DNA of 64,000 nucleotides, from NCBI GenBank assembly GCA_021772465.1, contig JAJFLX010000003.1:279551-343550 (forward strand), written 5' to 3'. This DNA is from Chlamydiota bacterium (GTDB taxonomy: Bacteria > Chlamydiota > Chlamydiia > Chlamydiales > JAAKFR01). The notes below the pieces were generated by a model. The model was not told where the DNA came from. It saw nothing but the letters and a program-made list of their open reading frames with translations, and searched no databases. How positions within the stretch are numbered: position 1 is the stretch's first letter; every line of letters begins with the position of its first letter. Positions 27,088 to 37,997 of the stretch are shown here, in pieces. A program made the translations under genes and the position numbers.

Positions 27088-27891
27088 ATGCAAGTCATCG
27101 CCGTTATCCCAGTTCGTTGGCAAAGTACGCGGTTTCCCGGTAAACCTCTCGCTGATTTACTAGGAAAAAGTTTAATTCAAAGAACTTACGAAAACGCCAA
27201 GCAAGCCACGCTTATCGATCGCCTTGTAGTCGCAACCGATGACAAGCGAATTTTCGACCATGTTCAAGCATTTGGAGGTGAAGTCTATATGACCTCACCT
27301 GAGTGCGTAAATGGAACGGAACGTGTGGCTGAGGTGATTGAAACCCACTTTCCTGATGCGGACTATGTACTCAATGTGCAAGGGGATGAGCCTTGCTTGA
27401 ATCCCCTGACGCTCGATAGGCTTATCAAAAAGATGGAAGGCACTCCCGAAGCGAGGGTAACAACACCCATCACTAAAATAGAAGATCCCGAACATATTTT
27501 TGGGCCCAGCGCAGTAAAATGCGTGTTTGACCGCTTCGGAAAAGCTCTCTATTTTAGTCGAGCGCCCATCCCCTTTCCTCGAAAAGTCGATCAAATCCAT
27601 GACTACTACAGACACATTGGAATCTACTGCTTTCGAGGACCTTTTTTGTTAGAGTATGTCAAGATGCCTACATCGAGACTGCAGTCGATCGAAGACTTGG
27701 AACAGTTGAAGATTTTAGAGGCGGGTCATGCGATTTATGTGGAAGAGGTCGCAGAAGAGGGAATTGGGGTCGATACCCCAGAAGATCTAACCCGAGTCAT
27801 ACCAATTTTGAAGATTAGGGATGAAAATTTAGTACCGAGTTTACAGGCAAGTGGGGCTCGAAGTTCGACATTAACCACAGGGAGTCAATGA
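27088..27891 (+). CDS. kdsB: 3-deoxy-manno-octulosonate cytidylyltransferase (CMP-KDO synthetase)
   Basis: N-terminal IPVRWQSTRFPGKPL, plus NVQGDEP and IGVDTPEDL blocks. Confidence 0.9.
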   Translation: MQVIAVIPVRWQSTRFPGKPLADLLGKSLIQRTYENAKQATLIDRLVVATDDKRIFDHVQAFGGEVYMTSPECVNGTERVAEVIETHFPDADYVLNVQGDEPCLNPLTLDRLIKKMEGTPEARVTTPITKIEDPEHIFGPSAVKCVFDRFGKALYFSRAPIPFPRKVDQIHDYYRHIGIYCFRGPFLLEYVKMPTSRLQSIEDLEQLKILEAGHAIYVEEVAEEGIGVDTPEDLTRVIPILKIRDENLVPSLQASGARSSTLTTGSQ

Positions 27892-27910
27892 GAATGAAGG
27901 TCGTATCTGA

Positions 27911-29945
<2,035 letters not shown>

Positions 29946-29981
29946 TTGTAGAGTAGGTCAATTTTCAAAAATTAGGTATTC

Positions 29982-31583
29982 ATGCGCGAGTCACCTCACC
30001 CTCTTCCAGATATCACTACGATCACCCTCGACGAGAATAAAGGGGCAGTGTTTCAAAGCCCCCTTCAAGAGGAAGGGGCAGACAATAAGGTCGTCGACCC
30101 GTGCGTTGTTGTTATTTTTGGGGCGACAGGTGATTTAACCTCTCGAAAGCTTTTCCCCGCTCTTTACAATCTCGCACGCGATGGGCAGCTTCCCTCGCAT
30201 TTTGCTTGCGTAGGTTTTGCTCGCCGCGAGAAAACCCACGAGCAATTCCGCGGGGAGATGCAGAAAGCTGTAGGAGAATTTTCTCGTGTCAAACCTCTAG
30301 ATGAAAATCTTTGGTCCTCTTTTAACAATCAGATCTACTACCACTCTTCAAATTTTGATGATGACAAAGGGTACGACGATTTGCGCACTTTTCTCGAACA
30401 GCTAGACAAAGAGCATGGCACCAAAGGAAACCGAGTTTTTTACCTCTCAACTCAGCCCCGCTACTTTCCTCTCATCATTGAGCATCTGGGTAAACGGGGA
30501 TTGATTTACGATACGGGTAAGGTGAAAGACAAATGGTCTCGAGTGATCATCGAGAAGCCCTTCGGACACGACTACAGCTCCGCAATTGAGCTGCAACAAT
30601 TCGTTCTCAACCACCTGGCTGAGTCTCAAATCTACAGAATCGATCACTACTTGGGAAAAGAGACCGTACAAAATCTTTTGGTTTTCAGGTTTGGAAACTC
30701 CATTTTCGAGTCAATTTGGAACAATCATTACATCGATCACGTACAAATTACTGTGGGAGAAGAAATAGGGATTGGAACCCGTGGTGCTTTCTTCGAAGAG
30801 GCTGGAATCTTGCGTGACATTGTTCAGAATCACATGATGCAACTGCTCAGTTTAACCGCTATGGAGCCGCCCTCAAGTCTTTCAGCAGACGCGATTCGCG
30901 ATGAGAAAGTGAAGGTATTAAAAGCACTTCGTCCCCTCGATATGGAGAGGTTCAGCGAACAGGTAGTCCGGGGACAGTATGGCCCTGGTTATGTCGACGG
31001 TGAGGATGCTATTGGGTATCGACAGGAAAACAATGTCGATCCTCACTCTTCGATCGAGACCTTTACCGCTTTAAAACTCTATATCGATAACTGGCGATGG
31101 TCTGGTGTTCCTTTTTATTTGCGTGCAGGAAAGAGACTGCCCAAACGGGCCACAGAGATTGCAATCACCTTTAAAGGGGTGCCCGGTGTTTTATTTTCAC
31201 AAAATGAGAAGAAGACGGAGCACAATGTACTTGTAATACGTATTCAGCCCGATGAGGGAATCTCTCTTCGGATGAACTGCAAAGTTCCCGGCCCAAGCAG
31301 CCCTATTCAGCCCGTTAAAATGGACTTTAGGTATAGCTCGTATTTCGGACTTACTCCTCCTGAAGCGTATGAGAGGTTGATTTATGACTGCATGCTTGGT
31401 GACGGTACGCTCTTTGCCCGTGGGGATGAGGTGCTCACTTCATGGAAATGGATCACTCCTGTATTAGACCGCTGGCACGAGAGCGCACCCAGTGATTTTC
31501 CAAATTACCCTTCAGGTACTTGGGGACCCCAGGCTGCCGATGAGATGCTCGCGCGAGATGGACGCGAGTGGAGACTTATCTAG
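29982..31583 (+). CDS. zwf: glucose-6-phosphate 1-dehydrogenase
   Basis: IFGATGDLTSRKL (NADP site) and the RIDHYLGKE active-site motif; EKPFGHD. Confidence 0.95.
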   Translation: MRESPHPLPDITTITLDENKGAVFQSPLQEEGADNKVVDPCVVVIFGATGDLTSRKLFPALYNLARDGQLPSHFACVGFARREKTHEQFRGEMQKAVGEFSRVKPLDENLWSSFNNQIYYHSSNFDDDKGYDDLRTFLEQLDKEHGTKGNRVFYLSTQPRYFPLIIEHLGKRGLIYDTGKVKDKWSRVIIEKPFGHDYSSAIELQQFVLNHLAESQIYRIDHYLGKETVQNLLVFRFGNSIFESIWNNHYIDHVQITVGEEIGIGTRGAFFEEAGILRDIVQNHMMQLLSLTAMEPPSSLSADAIRDEKVKVLKALRPLDMERFSEQVVRGQYGPGYVDGEDAIGYRQENNVDPHSSIETFTALKLYIDNWRWSGVPFYLRAGKRLPKRATEIAITFKGVPGVLFSQNEKKTEHNVLVIRIQPDEGISLRMNCKVPGPSSPIQPVKMDFRYSSYFGLTPPEAYERLIYDCMLGDGTLFARGDEVLTSWKWITPVLDRWHESAPSDFPNYPSGTWGPQAADEMLARDGREWRLI

Positions 31584-32669
31584 ATGGGCACGATCGAACT
31601 TGCAAATCTCAATGAGCAACTCTCCAAGCTTTGGGATGAGAAGCAAGGTGAGAAAAAAGTCCGCGCCTCGCTTTTCAACCTCATCATCTACGCACAGAAA
31701 AGCGATTCACCACGCGACTATGAAGACCTTGTCAGGTCTGTAGTCAGTAAGTTTCCCTGTAGAATCATGCTCATCATCCACGAGGAGAAGAGCTCCGAGG
31801 CCTACTTACGCACCTCAGTCAGCTCTGAGACCTTAGGTGAGGGAGAAAACCAGGCGTATTGCGAGATCATACGAATCGAGGTGGCTGGAGACCTCGTAGA
31901 GCGAGTCCCCTTTATCGCAATAGCGCAGCTTTTACCCGATCTTCCAGTCTACCTTCTTTGGACGCAAGATCCGACAAGTGAGAGTACGATTCTTCCTCAC
32001 CTCGAGCGGTATGCAGACAGGATTATTTTCGATTCAGAATCTTCTGATAATTTACAGAGCTACAGCCAGGCGGTTCTCGCCCTCTTCCACCGCTTCAAAT
32101 GCGCAATTGGCGACCTCAACTGGAGTGCAATCTCAGGCTGGCGTGAGCTTTTATCAGCGACATTTGACTCGCAAGATAGCTTTCAAACGCTTGCCGAGAG
32201 CAAAATTATTCGCATTCATTACAACCGTGTCACAGGTCAGTCCCACAGATACACCGAAATAGAGGCGGCCTATCTCCAAGCGTGGCTCGCTTCTCGCCTC
32301 AATTGGAAATTTCGTATGGTAGGGACACATGAGGGAAACATTCGCATCACCTACCAAACACCTACGCGTGAAATTGTGATCCTTTTGACTCCCCAAGAAT
32401 CTTCAGAACTTGCTGCTGGCTCTATTCTCTCTTTAGAAATTGAGAGTGCTCACAACAAAGGCCACTATGATTTTAAAAGACACCTTGAGACTCGGCAGGT
32501 GAGCCTACAATTTTCTGACAAAAGCCGCTGCGATCTCCCCTCCTGCAATCACCTTTCGGGACTCTCTGAAGGGCAGGAGATTGTCGAAGAGATCTTCCAA
32601 CCTTCTGCAGGGCCTCACTACCGTGAAATGCTTGAACTCTTAACCCAAATCCCCTGGACACGCGAATGA
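31584..32669 (+). CDS. opcA: OpcA-like glucose-6-phosphate dehydrogenase assembly protein
   Basis: 361 aa, starting immediately after the zwf stop. The N-terminal pattern LNEQLSKLWDEK...VRASLFNLIIYAQ matches my recollection of the cyanobacterial/actinobacterial OpcA signature (IE.EL..IW...RA..F.L.VY). Sits between zwf and pgl. Confidence 0.6.
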   Translation: MGTIELANLNEQLSKLWDEKQGEKKVRASLFNLIIYAQKSDSPRDYEDLVRSVVSKFPCRIMLIIHEEKSSEAYLRTSVSSETLGEGENQAYCEIIRIEVAGDLVERVPFIAIAQLLPDLPVYLLWTQDPTSESTILPHLERYADRIIFDSESSDNLQSYSQAVLALFHRFKCAIGDLNWSAISGWRELLSATFDSQDSFQTLAESKIIRIHYNRVTGQSHRYTEIEAAYLQAWLASRLNWKFRMVGTHEGNIRITYQTPTREIVILLTPQESSELAAGSILSLEIESAHNKGHYDFKRHLETRQVSLQFSDKSRCDLPSCNHLSGLSEGQEIVEEIFQPSAGPHYREMLELLTQIPWTRE

Positions 32670-33424
32670 AAACGCCTTTAACTTTTGATGGTCGTCGCCA
32701 GATTATTATTCCCGGCAAGCGAGAAGAGACCCTGAACTATGCCGTAGAGAAGTGGATAGAGATCGGGCGAGAGTCTATTGAAGATCACGGCTTTTTTGCA
32801 GTCGCTCTCTCTGGAGGATCCACTCCAAAAAGCATCTTTCAAGCTTTGGTTGAATTGCCCAAAGCCCTCGATTGGAGCAAGGTATACCTTTTTTGGGGTG
32901 ATGAGAGAAGTGTAGCCCCTCAAGATCCCGAGAGCAACTACCACATGGCCATGCAAGAGGCTGGGTTAAGCCGCTTGCCGATTCCAGAGAGTCAGATCTT
33001 CCGAATGGTTGCTGAAGAGGATATTGAAGCAAATGCTAAGCGCTACGAAGAGCTCTTGAGAAAGCAGCTCGCAGGTCGCCCTCTCGACCTTGTCATGCTT
33101 GGAATGGGCGATGATGGACATACAGCCTCGCTATTTCCCCATACAAAAGGGTTGCAGGCTCCTGCTGGAAAGTTTGTTATTGCAAATGAAGTGCCTCAAA
33201 AAAACACTTGGCGCATGAGTCTTACCTTTGAGTATATTAATTCAGCGCGCCATATCTCCCTCTACGTAATGGGGGCGAGTAAAGCAGAGATTTTAGAGAA
33301 GGTGCTCACCACCTCTTTTGATCCAAAAACCTATCCCTCTCAGATGATCGGAAGCCAAACCTCCCCGGCTCTTTGGATTATCGATCACGATGCTAGCCAA
33401 AATCTCTTGGCCCATCTAAAATAG
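32666..33424 (+). CDS. pgl: 6-phosphogluconolactonase
   Basis: ALSGGSTP and LVMLGMGDDGHTASLFP motifs. ATGA overlap with the previous gene. Confidence 0.92.
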   Translation: MKTPLTFDGRRQIIIPGKREETLNYAVEKWIEIGRESIEDHGFFAVALSGGSTPKSIFQALVELPKALDWSKVYLFWGDERSVAPQDPESNYHMAMQEAGLSRLPIPESQIFRMVAEEDIEANAKRYEELLRKQLAGRPLDLVMLGMGDDGHTASLFPHTKGLQAPAGKFVIANEVPQKNTWRMSLTFEYINSARHISLYVMGASKAEILEKVLTTSFDPKTYPSQMIGSQTSPALWIIDHDASQNLLAHLK

Positions 33425-33429
33425 CCTGT

Positions 33430-34482
33430 GTGAAATACGTACTTGGTATCGAAAGCACCTGTGATGAGACAGGCATTGCAGTTGTAGGAGATGGGTGGAA
33501 GATCTTGTCTAATGTCGTGATGACGCAAGAGGATCTCCACGCTCGTTACGGAGGGGTCATCCCTGAGGTGGCCTGCAGGCGTCATGCCGATGTTTTACTC
33601 CCCTTGCTCAAACGCTCACTTCATGAGGCGGGGCTCACTTTAGAAGAGATCGATCTGATCGCCGTTGCAAAGGGTCCAGGGCTCATAGGAGCTCTTCTTG
33701 TAGGAGTCAATTTTGCAAGGGGGCTTGCGCTTAGTACTCGAAAACCCCTTGTAGGCGTCAATCACATTGAAGCGCACCTCTATTCGACTATCCTAGATCA
33801 GAGGCCCCCATTCCCTGCCCTTGGAGTCGTTGTATCGGGAGGACACACCTCACTTTTGCTCGCCGAGTCTGTTGGGAGTTATCAAATGATTGGCAAAACT
33901 CAAGACGACGCTATTGGGGAGGCTTTTGATAAAGCCGCTCGTCTTCTCGGACTCCCCTACCCAGGAGGGCCTGAAATAGAAAAACTTGCTAGGGGAGGAG
34001 ATCCTAAGCGCTACCCTTTCCGAGCTGGGACTCTGAAAGGACGACCTTTTGATTTCTCTTTTAGCGGGCTGAAGACCGCACTACTGTACAGAATCAAGGG
34101 GCAAAATGCTCAAAAAACAGGCTCAATAACTTTAAGTGATCTCGAAAAAAAAGACTTAGCCGCGAGTTTTCAAAGGGCAGCCTTTGCCGATGTTATCAAT
34201 AAAATCGAGCTTGCTGCTGACCATTTTTCGTGCAATAGTATCCTCATAGGTGGTGGCGTGAGTCAAAACCGGGCTTTCAGAGCCATGCTTGCCGAGCAGG
34301 TCTCTCTTCCGACCTTCTGGCCTGCCCCTGGACTCTGTTTAGACAATGGAGCGATGATTGCCGCCCTGGGATACCACTACCACCGAGAAGGAGAAACCAC
34401 TTCTTCTTTTCAGGCCGACCCTCGACTCGGAGTGACACATGCGCTGGCTCGTTCTTCTTTGGATCCTACTCGCTCATACTAG
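33430..34482 (+). CDS. tsaD: tRNA N6-adenosine threonylcarbamoyltransferase TsaD (Gcp)
   Basis: GTG start. LGIESTCDETGIAVV, GVNHIEAH and VSGGHTSL motifs. Confidence 0.95.
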   Translation: MKYVLGIESTCDETGIAVVGDGWKILSNVVMTQEDLHARYGGVIPEVACRRHADVLLPLLKRSLHEAGLTLEEIDLIAVAKGPGLIGALLVGVNFARGLALSTRKPLVGVNHIEAHLYSTILDQRPPFPALGVVVSGGHTSLLLAESVGSYQMIGKTQDDAIGEAFDKAARLLGLPYPGGPEIEKLARGGDPKRYPFRAGTLKGRPFDFSFSGLKTALLYRIKGQNAQKTGSITLSDLEKKDLAASFQRAAFADVINKIELAADHFSCNSILIGGGVSQNRAFRAMLAEQVSLPTFWPAPGLCLDNGAMIAALGYHYHREGETTSSFQADPRLGVTHALARSSLDPTRSY

Positions 34483-35908
34483 CTGTGAAACTGAGCAAGA
34501 GTTTCAAGACACCCTCCGACTCAACCTTGCGCAGAACCCCACTTCACTCGATCCAAGAGAGATGTGCACACTTCGAGAGCTCAGCTTGGCCAAGCAGCTC
34601 TATGAAGGACTCACTCGAGGTGATGAGCTTGGAATTGCTAAGTCGATCGACATCTCTGAAGATGGACTCACCTACACTTTCCATCTTCGAGAGAGCTATT
34701 GGAGCAATGGCGATCCCCTCTTCGCTGATGCTTTTGAAAAAAGCTGGAAAGAAATTCTCGACCCTTCCAATAGAATTCGCTACGCGCATTTGCTCTTCTC
34801 CTTGAAAAATGGGTGCAATGCTTATCGAGGAATCTGCCCACTCGATGAAGTGGGAGTGAAAGCAGTCGATCAACACACACTTGTCGTCACCCTTGAATTT
34901 CCCACCCCCTACTTACTTCAACTCGTCGGTTTCCCAACTCTTTTCCCCACTCACCCCGAGCCAGGCATTTTCAACGGCCCTTTTGGTGTGGTGGCCTACT
35001 GCCCAGGAGATCGCCTGCACCTTCAAAAAAATCCACTCTATTGGGACTCTGAAGAGGTCGCGCTCGATCGGATTCATTTTTCTATCATTGAAGAGAGCCA
35101 CACTGAGGCCCTTCTCTTTGAAGCCGGAGAGCTCGACTGGCTCGGACATCCGATGTCTCATCCCCTCTCAGCTGAGCTTAGCGACCACTTTGCCACCGAA
35201 TCTTATCCAGTTGCGGGAACGAGCTGGTTCGTTTTTAACACCAAAAAAGCTCCGTTTAACGACTTGGAAACCCGCGTGAAATTTGCAAAGACTCTAGAGC
35301 GTCAAGAGATCATCACCCATATCTTTAGAGGAAACCAAGAGCTTGCAACTAGCATTTTGCCTCCCTCTATGCGCCTAGTAGAAAAGCTCCCTCTTCAGCA
35401 GGTAGCCCAGAGCTCTAGAAAGGAGCCGCTACCAAAATTGAGACTCCTCTATTCAAGCTCCAATAAAAATGCTGCCGAGGGTGATATCGTCCAATTCGCT
35501 AGGGAGCGGTGGAAAAATGCACTTGGCGTGGAAATCGAGCTTGTGGGGCAAGAGAGGCATCTTTATCTTCGCTCACTCGCTGCGGGGGATTTTGAGCTCG
35601 CTCTTGGCAACTGGATCGCTGATTTCAATGACCCCCTCTCGATGCTAGCGGTCTTTAGCAGCTCGAGCGAGGTAAAACTTATCCCCTGGCAGAGCGAGCG
35701 CTTTGATCAGTTGATCGAAGGAGCAAAAAAAGAGTTAAACCTTGGAGTGAGAGATGCGCTGCTTTTAGAAGCAGAGACCCTTCTAATCGAGCAGATGCCT
35801 GTCATCCCTCTTAGGCATTACACGTTTAGCTATGTAAAAAAACCGTGTGTCAAGGGAGTGGCAATTTCCCCTCAGGGGATTGCAGATTTTAAAAGGGCTC
35901 GCAAGTGA
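34439..35908 (+). CDS. oppA: oligopeptide ABC transporter substrate-binding protein (family 5), probable lipoprotein
   Basis: 489 aa with signal peptide MRWLVLLWILLAHTSC. Family-5 SBP features (LNLAQNPTSLDP, WSNGDPL). First gene of the opp operon. Confidence 0.8.
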   Translation: MRWLVLLWILLAHTSCETEQEFQDTLRLNLAQNPTSLDPREMCTLRELSLAKQLYEGLTRGDELGIAKSIDISEDGLTYTFHLRESYWSNGDPLFADAFEKSWKEILDPSNRIRYAHLLFSLKNGCNAYRGICPLDEVGVKAVDQHTLVVTLEFPTPYLLQLVGFPTLFPTHPEPGIFNGPFGVVAYCPGDRLHLQKNPLYWDSEEVALDRIHFSIIEESHTEALLFEAGELDWLGHPMSHPLSAELSDHFATESYPVAGTSWFVFNTKKAPFNDLETRVKFAKTLERQEIITHIFRGNQELATSILPPSMRLVEKLPLQQVAQSSRKEPLPKLRLLYSSSNKNAAEGDIVQFARERWKNALGVEIELVGQERHLYLRSLAAGDFELALGNWIADFNDPLSMLAVFSSSSEVKLIPWQSERFDQLIEGAKKELNLGVRDALLLEAETLLIEQMPVIPLRHYTFSYVKKPCVKGVAISPQGIADFKRARK

Positions 35909-35917
35909 GAAGTAGGT

Positions 35918-36084
35918 GGCTGTGTTGAAAAACTTATTGCACTCACCTTCAACTATCTTTGAAAGCCTATTTTTTTACCCCACTCTCACAGAGGTAGCTC
36001 TGGGGCTACCTCTCTCGCTTGTGGTGTAAAAACTAGACTTCAAATCTAGCTGAATTTGAGTGCAATAAGTTTTTCAACACAGCC
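35918..36084. repeat. 167-bp palindromic, MITE-like element with perfect 28-bp terminal inverted repeats
   Basis: 35918-35945 (ggctgtgttgaaaaacttattgcactca) is the exact reverse complement of 36057-36084. There is an inner 9-bp hairpin (35990-35998 / 36005-36013). The heptamer gaagtag flanks both sides (35909-35915 and 36085-36091). No ORF. The inverted repeat is certain; mobility is an inference. Confidence 0.9.
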
Positions 36085-36160
36085 GAAGTAGAGTGTACGA
36101 GTAGGCCCGAATTTATGACTTTTTTTCTCCCCTTTGGTATAAGATAGCGAATTCATAGCA

Positions 36161-37090
36161 ATGCATTATATTTTCAAAAGATTATTTTCTAACTTGTTGG
36201 CACTCTGGATCATAGTATCTCTCACCTTCTTTTTGATGAAGGCGGTTCCAGGCGATCCTTTTACCCAAGAAAAAGCGCTGCCTGCAGAGGTTTTAGCTTC
36301 GCTCTATGAGCACTACAAGCTCAACGACCCTTGGTACAAACAGTACACGCACTACCTCCTATCCATTGCCAAATGGGATCTCGGCCCCTCTTTCAAATAC
36401 AGGGGGCGCACCGTCAATGAGATCATCCGATCGGGTTTTCCCATCTCAGCCCTTCTCGGGTTAGAAGCCCTTGCGATTGCGCTCACTTTTGGAATTACGC
36501 TCGGAACCCTTGCTGCTTTGAGGCAAAACCAGTGGCAAGACTTTGCTGCGATGGCTGTTGCAGTGCTAGGCATCTCTCTTCCAAGCTTTATTTTAGCAGC
36601 CTTCTTGCAGTACGTATTTGCTATTAAGCTCGATCTTTTTCCAGTGGCGCGGTGGGGAACCTTCCAGCAATCCATTCTTCCGGCGCTCTCTCTCGCAGCC
36701 CTTCCCACAGCCTTTATAGCTCGGCTGACGCGGGCGAGTATGATCGAGGTGCTTTCGAGCGATTACATCGAAACAGCCCGAGCTAAAGGATTGAGTGAGT
36801 GGATGGTGCTTACAAAGCATGCGATGCGCAATGCCCTGCTTCCTGTACTTACCTACTTAGGACCGCTCATCGCAACTATTTTGACAGGAAGTTTTATCAT
36901 CGAGAAAATTTTTGGAATACCGGGCCTCGGCAGCTGGTTCATCAATAGCATTTCGAGCAGAGACTACACTGTAATTATGGGAATCACGGTGTTTTTTAGT
37001 GTGATTTTACTAGGGGCAATTTTTCTGGTCGATCTCGCCTATGGGTGGCTAGATCCACGGATGGGAGTGGGGAGAAAGGCTCGTGATTGA
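36161..37090 (+). CDS. oppB: oligopeptide ABC transporter permease OppB
   Basis: 309 aa, 6 TM, binding-protein-dependent transport motif (YIETARAKGLSEWMVLTKHAMRNALLP). Confidence 0.9.
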   Translation: MHYIFKRLFSNLLALWIIVSLTFFLMKAVPGDPFTQEKALPAEVLASLYEHYKLNDPWYKQYTHYLLSIAKWDLGPSFKYRGRTVNEIIRSGFPISALLGLEALAIALTFGITLGTLAALRQNQWQDFAAMAVAVLGISLPSFILAAFLQYVFAIKLDLFPVARWGTFQQSILPALSLAALPTAFIARLTRASMIEVLSSDYIETARAKGLSEWMVLTKHAMRNALLPVLTYLGPLIATILTGSFIIEKIFGIPGLGSWFINSISSRDYTVIMGITVFFSVILLGAIFLVDLAYGWLDPRMGVGRKARD

Positions 37091-37997
37091 TGACTCTCTT
37101 TTTCTCCCCTTAAATCGGGATCTGGCCGCTGGCGAATCAGCTGAGAGCCCCTCGCTCTCCTACTGGAGTCAAGTGAGGCGCCGTTTTCGTCGAAACCGTG
37201 TCGCTACAGTTGGAGCTCTTTTTTTGATCGGCATGTTCCTTTTTGCTCTTTTGGTTCCTTGGCTCAGCCCTCATACTTACTATGAGACCCACCTCGCTTT
37301 AAAAAATTCCCCCCCCTCGAAAACATTTTGGTTTGGTACAGACAACTTGGGTAGAGATATGTTCACGCGCATCGCTTGTGGAGCGCGCATCTCTTTGTTT
37401 GTTGGAGTCTCTGCTGCGATCATCGATCTGATCATCGGGGTGCTCTTTGGAGGGATGGCTGCCCTTGGAGGAGCGAGAATCGATAATGCCATGATGCGCC
37501 TTGCAGACATCATGTTCGCCATCCCCTATCTATTGATCGTGATCATGCTCATGGTTGTTCTCGGCTCTGGGCTGATCCCGATCCTCATTGCCCTCACGCT
37601 TACAGGGTGGATTGGAATGGCCCGCATTGTACGCGGACAGCTCCTTCAACTCCAAAAACTCGACTACGTCCAAGCGGCCATCGCCTTAGGGGCGGGGCCT
37701 AGAAGAATCCTTTTTAAACACCTTTTACCAAATGCTATGGGGCCCATCCTTGTCACACTCACCTTAACCATTCCTCTCGCTATCTTTACTGAAGCATTTC
37801 TCAGCTTTTTGGGTCTGGGCGTTCAAGCTCCCATCGCCAGCTGGGGAACGATGGCAAGTGATGCTCTCCCTGCGCTGCGGTACTACCCTTGGCGCCTCTT
37901 TTTTCCTGCCTGCTTTATCAGTCTCACCATGCTTGCCTTCAACCTTGTGGGAGATGGACTGCGTGACGCGCTTGACCCCAAGCAGAGGGTAGGATGA
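37083..37997 (+). CDS. oppC: oligopeptide ABC transporter permease OppC
   Basis: 304 aa. N-terminal OppC-type segment and EAA loop (YVQAAIALGAGPRRILFKHLLPNAMGP). Confidence 0.9.
   Translation: MIDDSLFLPLNRDLAAGESAESPSLSYWSQVRRRFRRNRVATVGALFLIGMFLFALLVPWLSPHTYYETHLALKNSPPSKTFWFGTDNLGRDMFTRIACGARISLFVGVSAAIIDLIIGVLFGGMAALGGARIDNAMMRLADIMFAIPYLLIVIMLMVVLGSGLIPILIALTLTGWIGMARIVRGQLLQLQKLDYVQAAIALGAGPRRILFKHLLPNAMGPILVTLTLTIPLAIFTEAFLSFLGLGVQAPIASWGTMASDALPALRYYPWRLFFPACFISLTMLAFNLVGDGLRDALDPKQRVG

Noticed and set aside
36033-36049. A tRNA-Sec-like anticodon arm inside the MITE-like element: ctaga-cttcaaa-tctag, a 5-bp stem with a 7-nt loop carrying anticodon UCA flanked by U33 and A37. The 11-mer gacttcaaatc is identical to what I recall from E. 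coli selC.
   Set aside because: No acceptor stem, D-arm, variable arm or T-loop (GTTCRANYC) can be found around it, and no selenocysteine machinery is in the window. It is most likely a chance or degenerate similarity and not a functional tRNA. tRNAscan-SE/ARAGORN would settle it.
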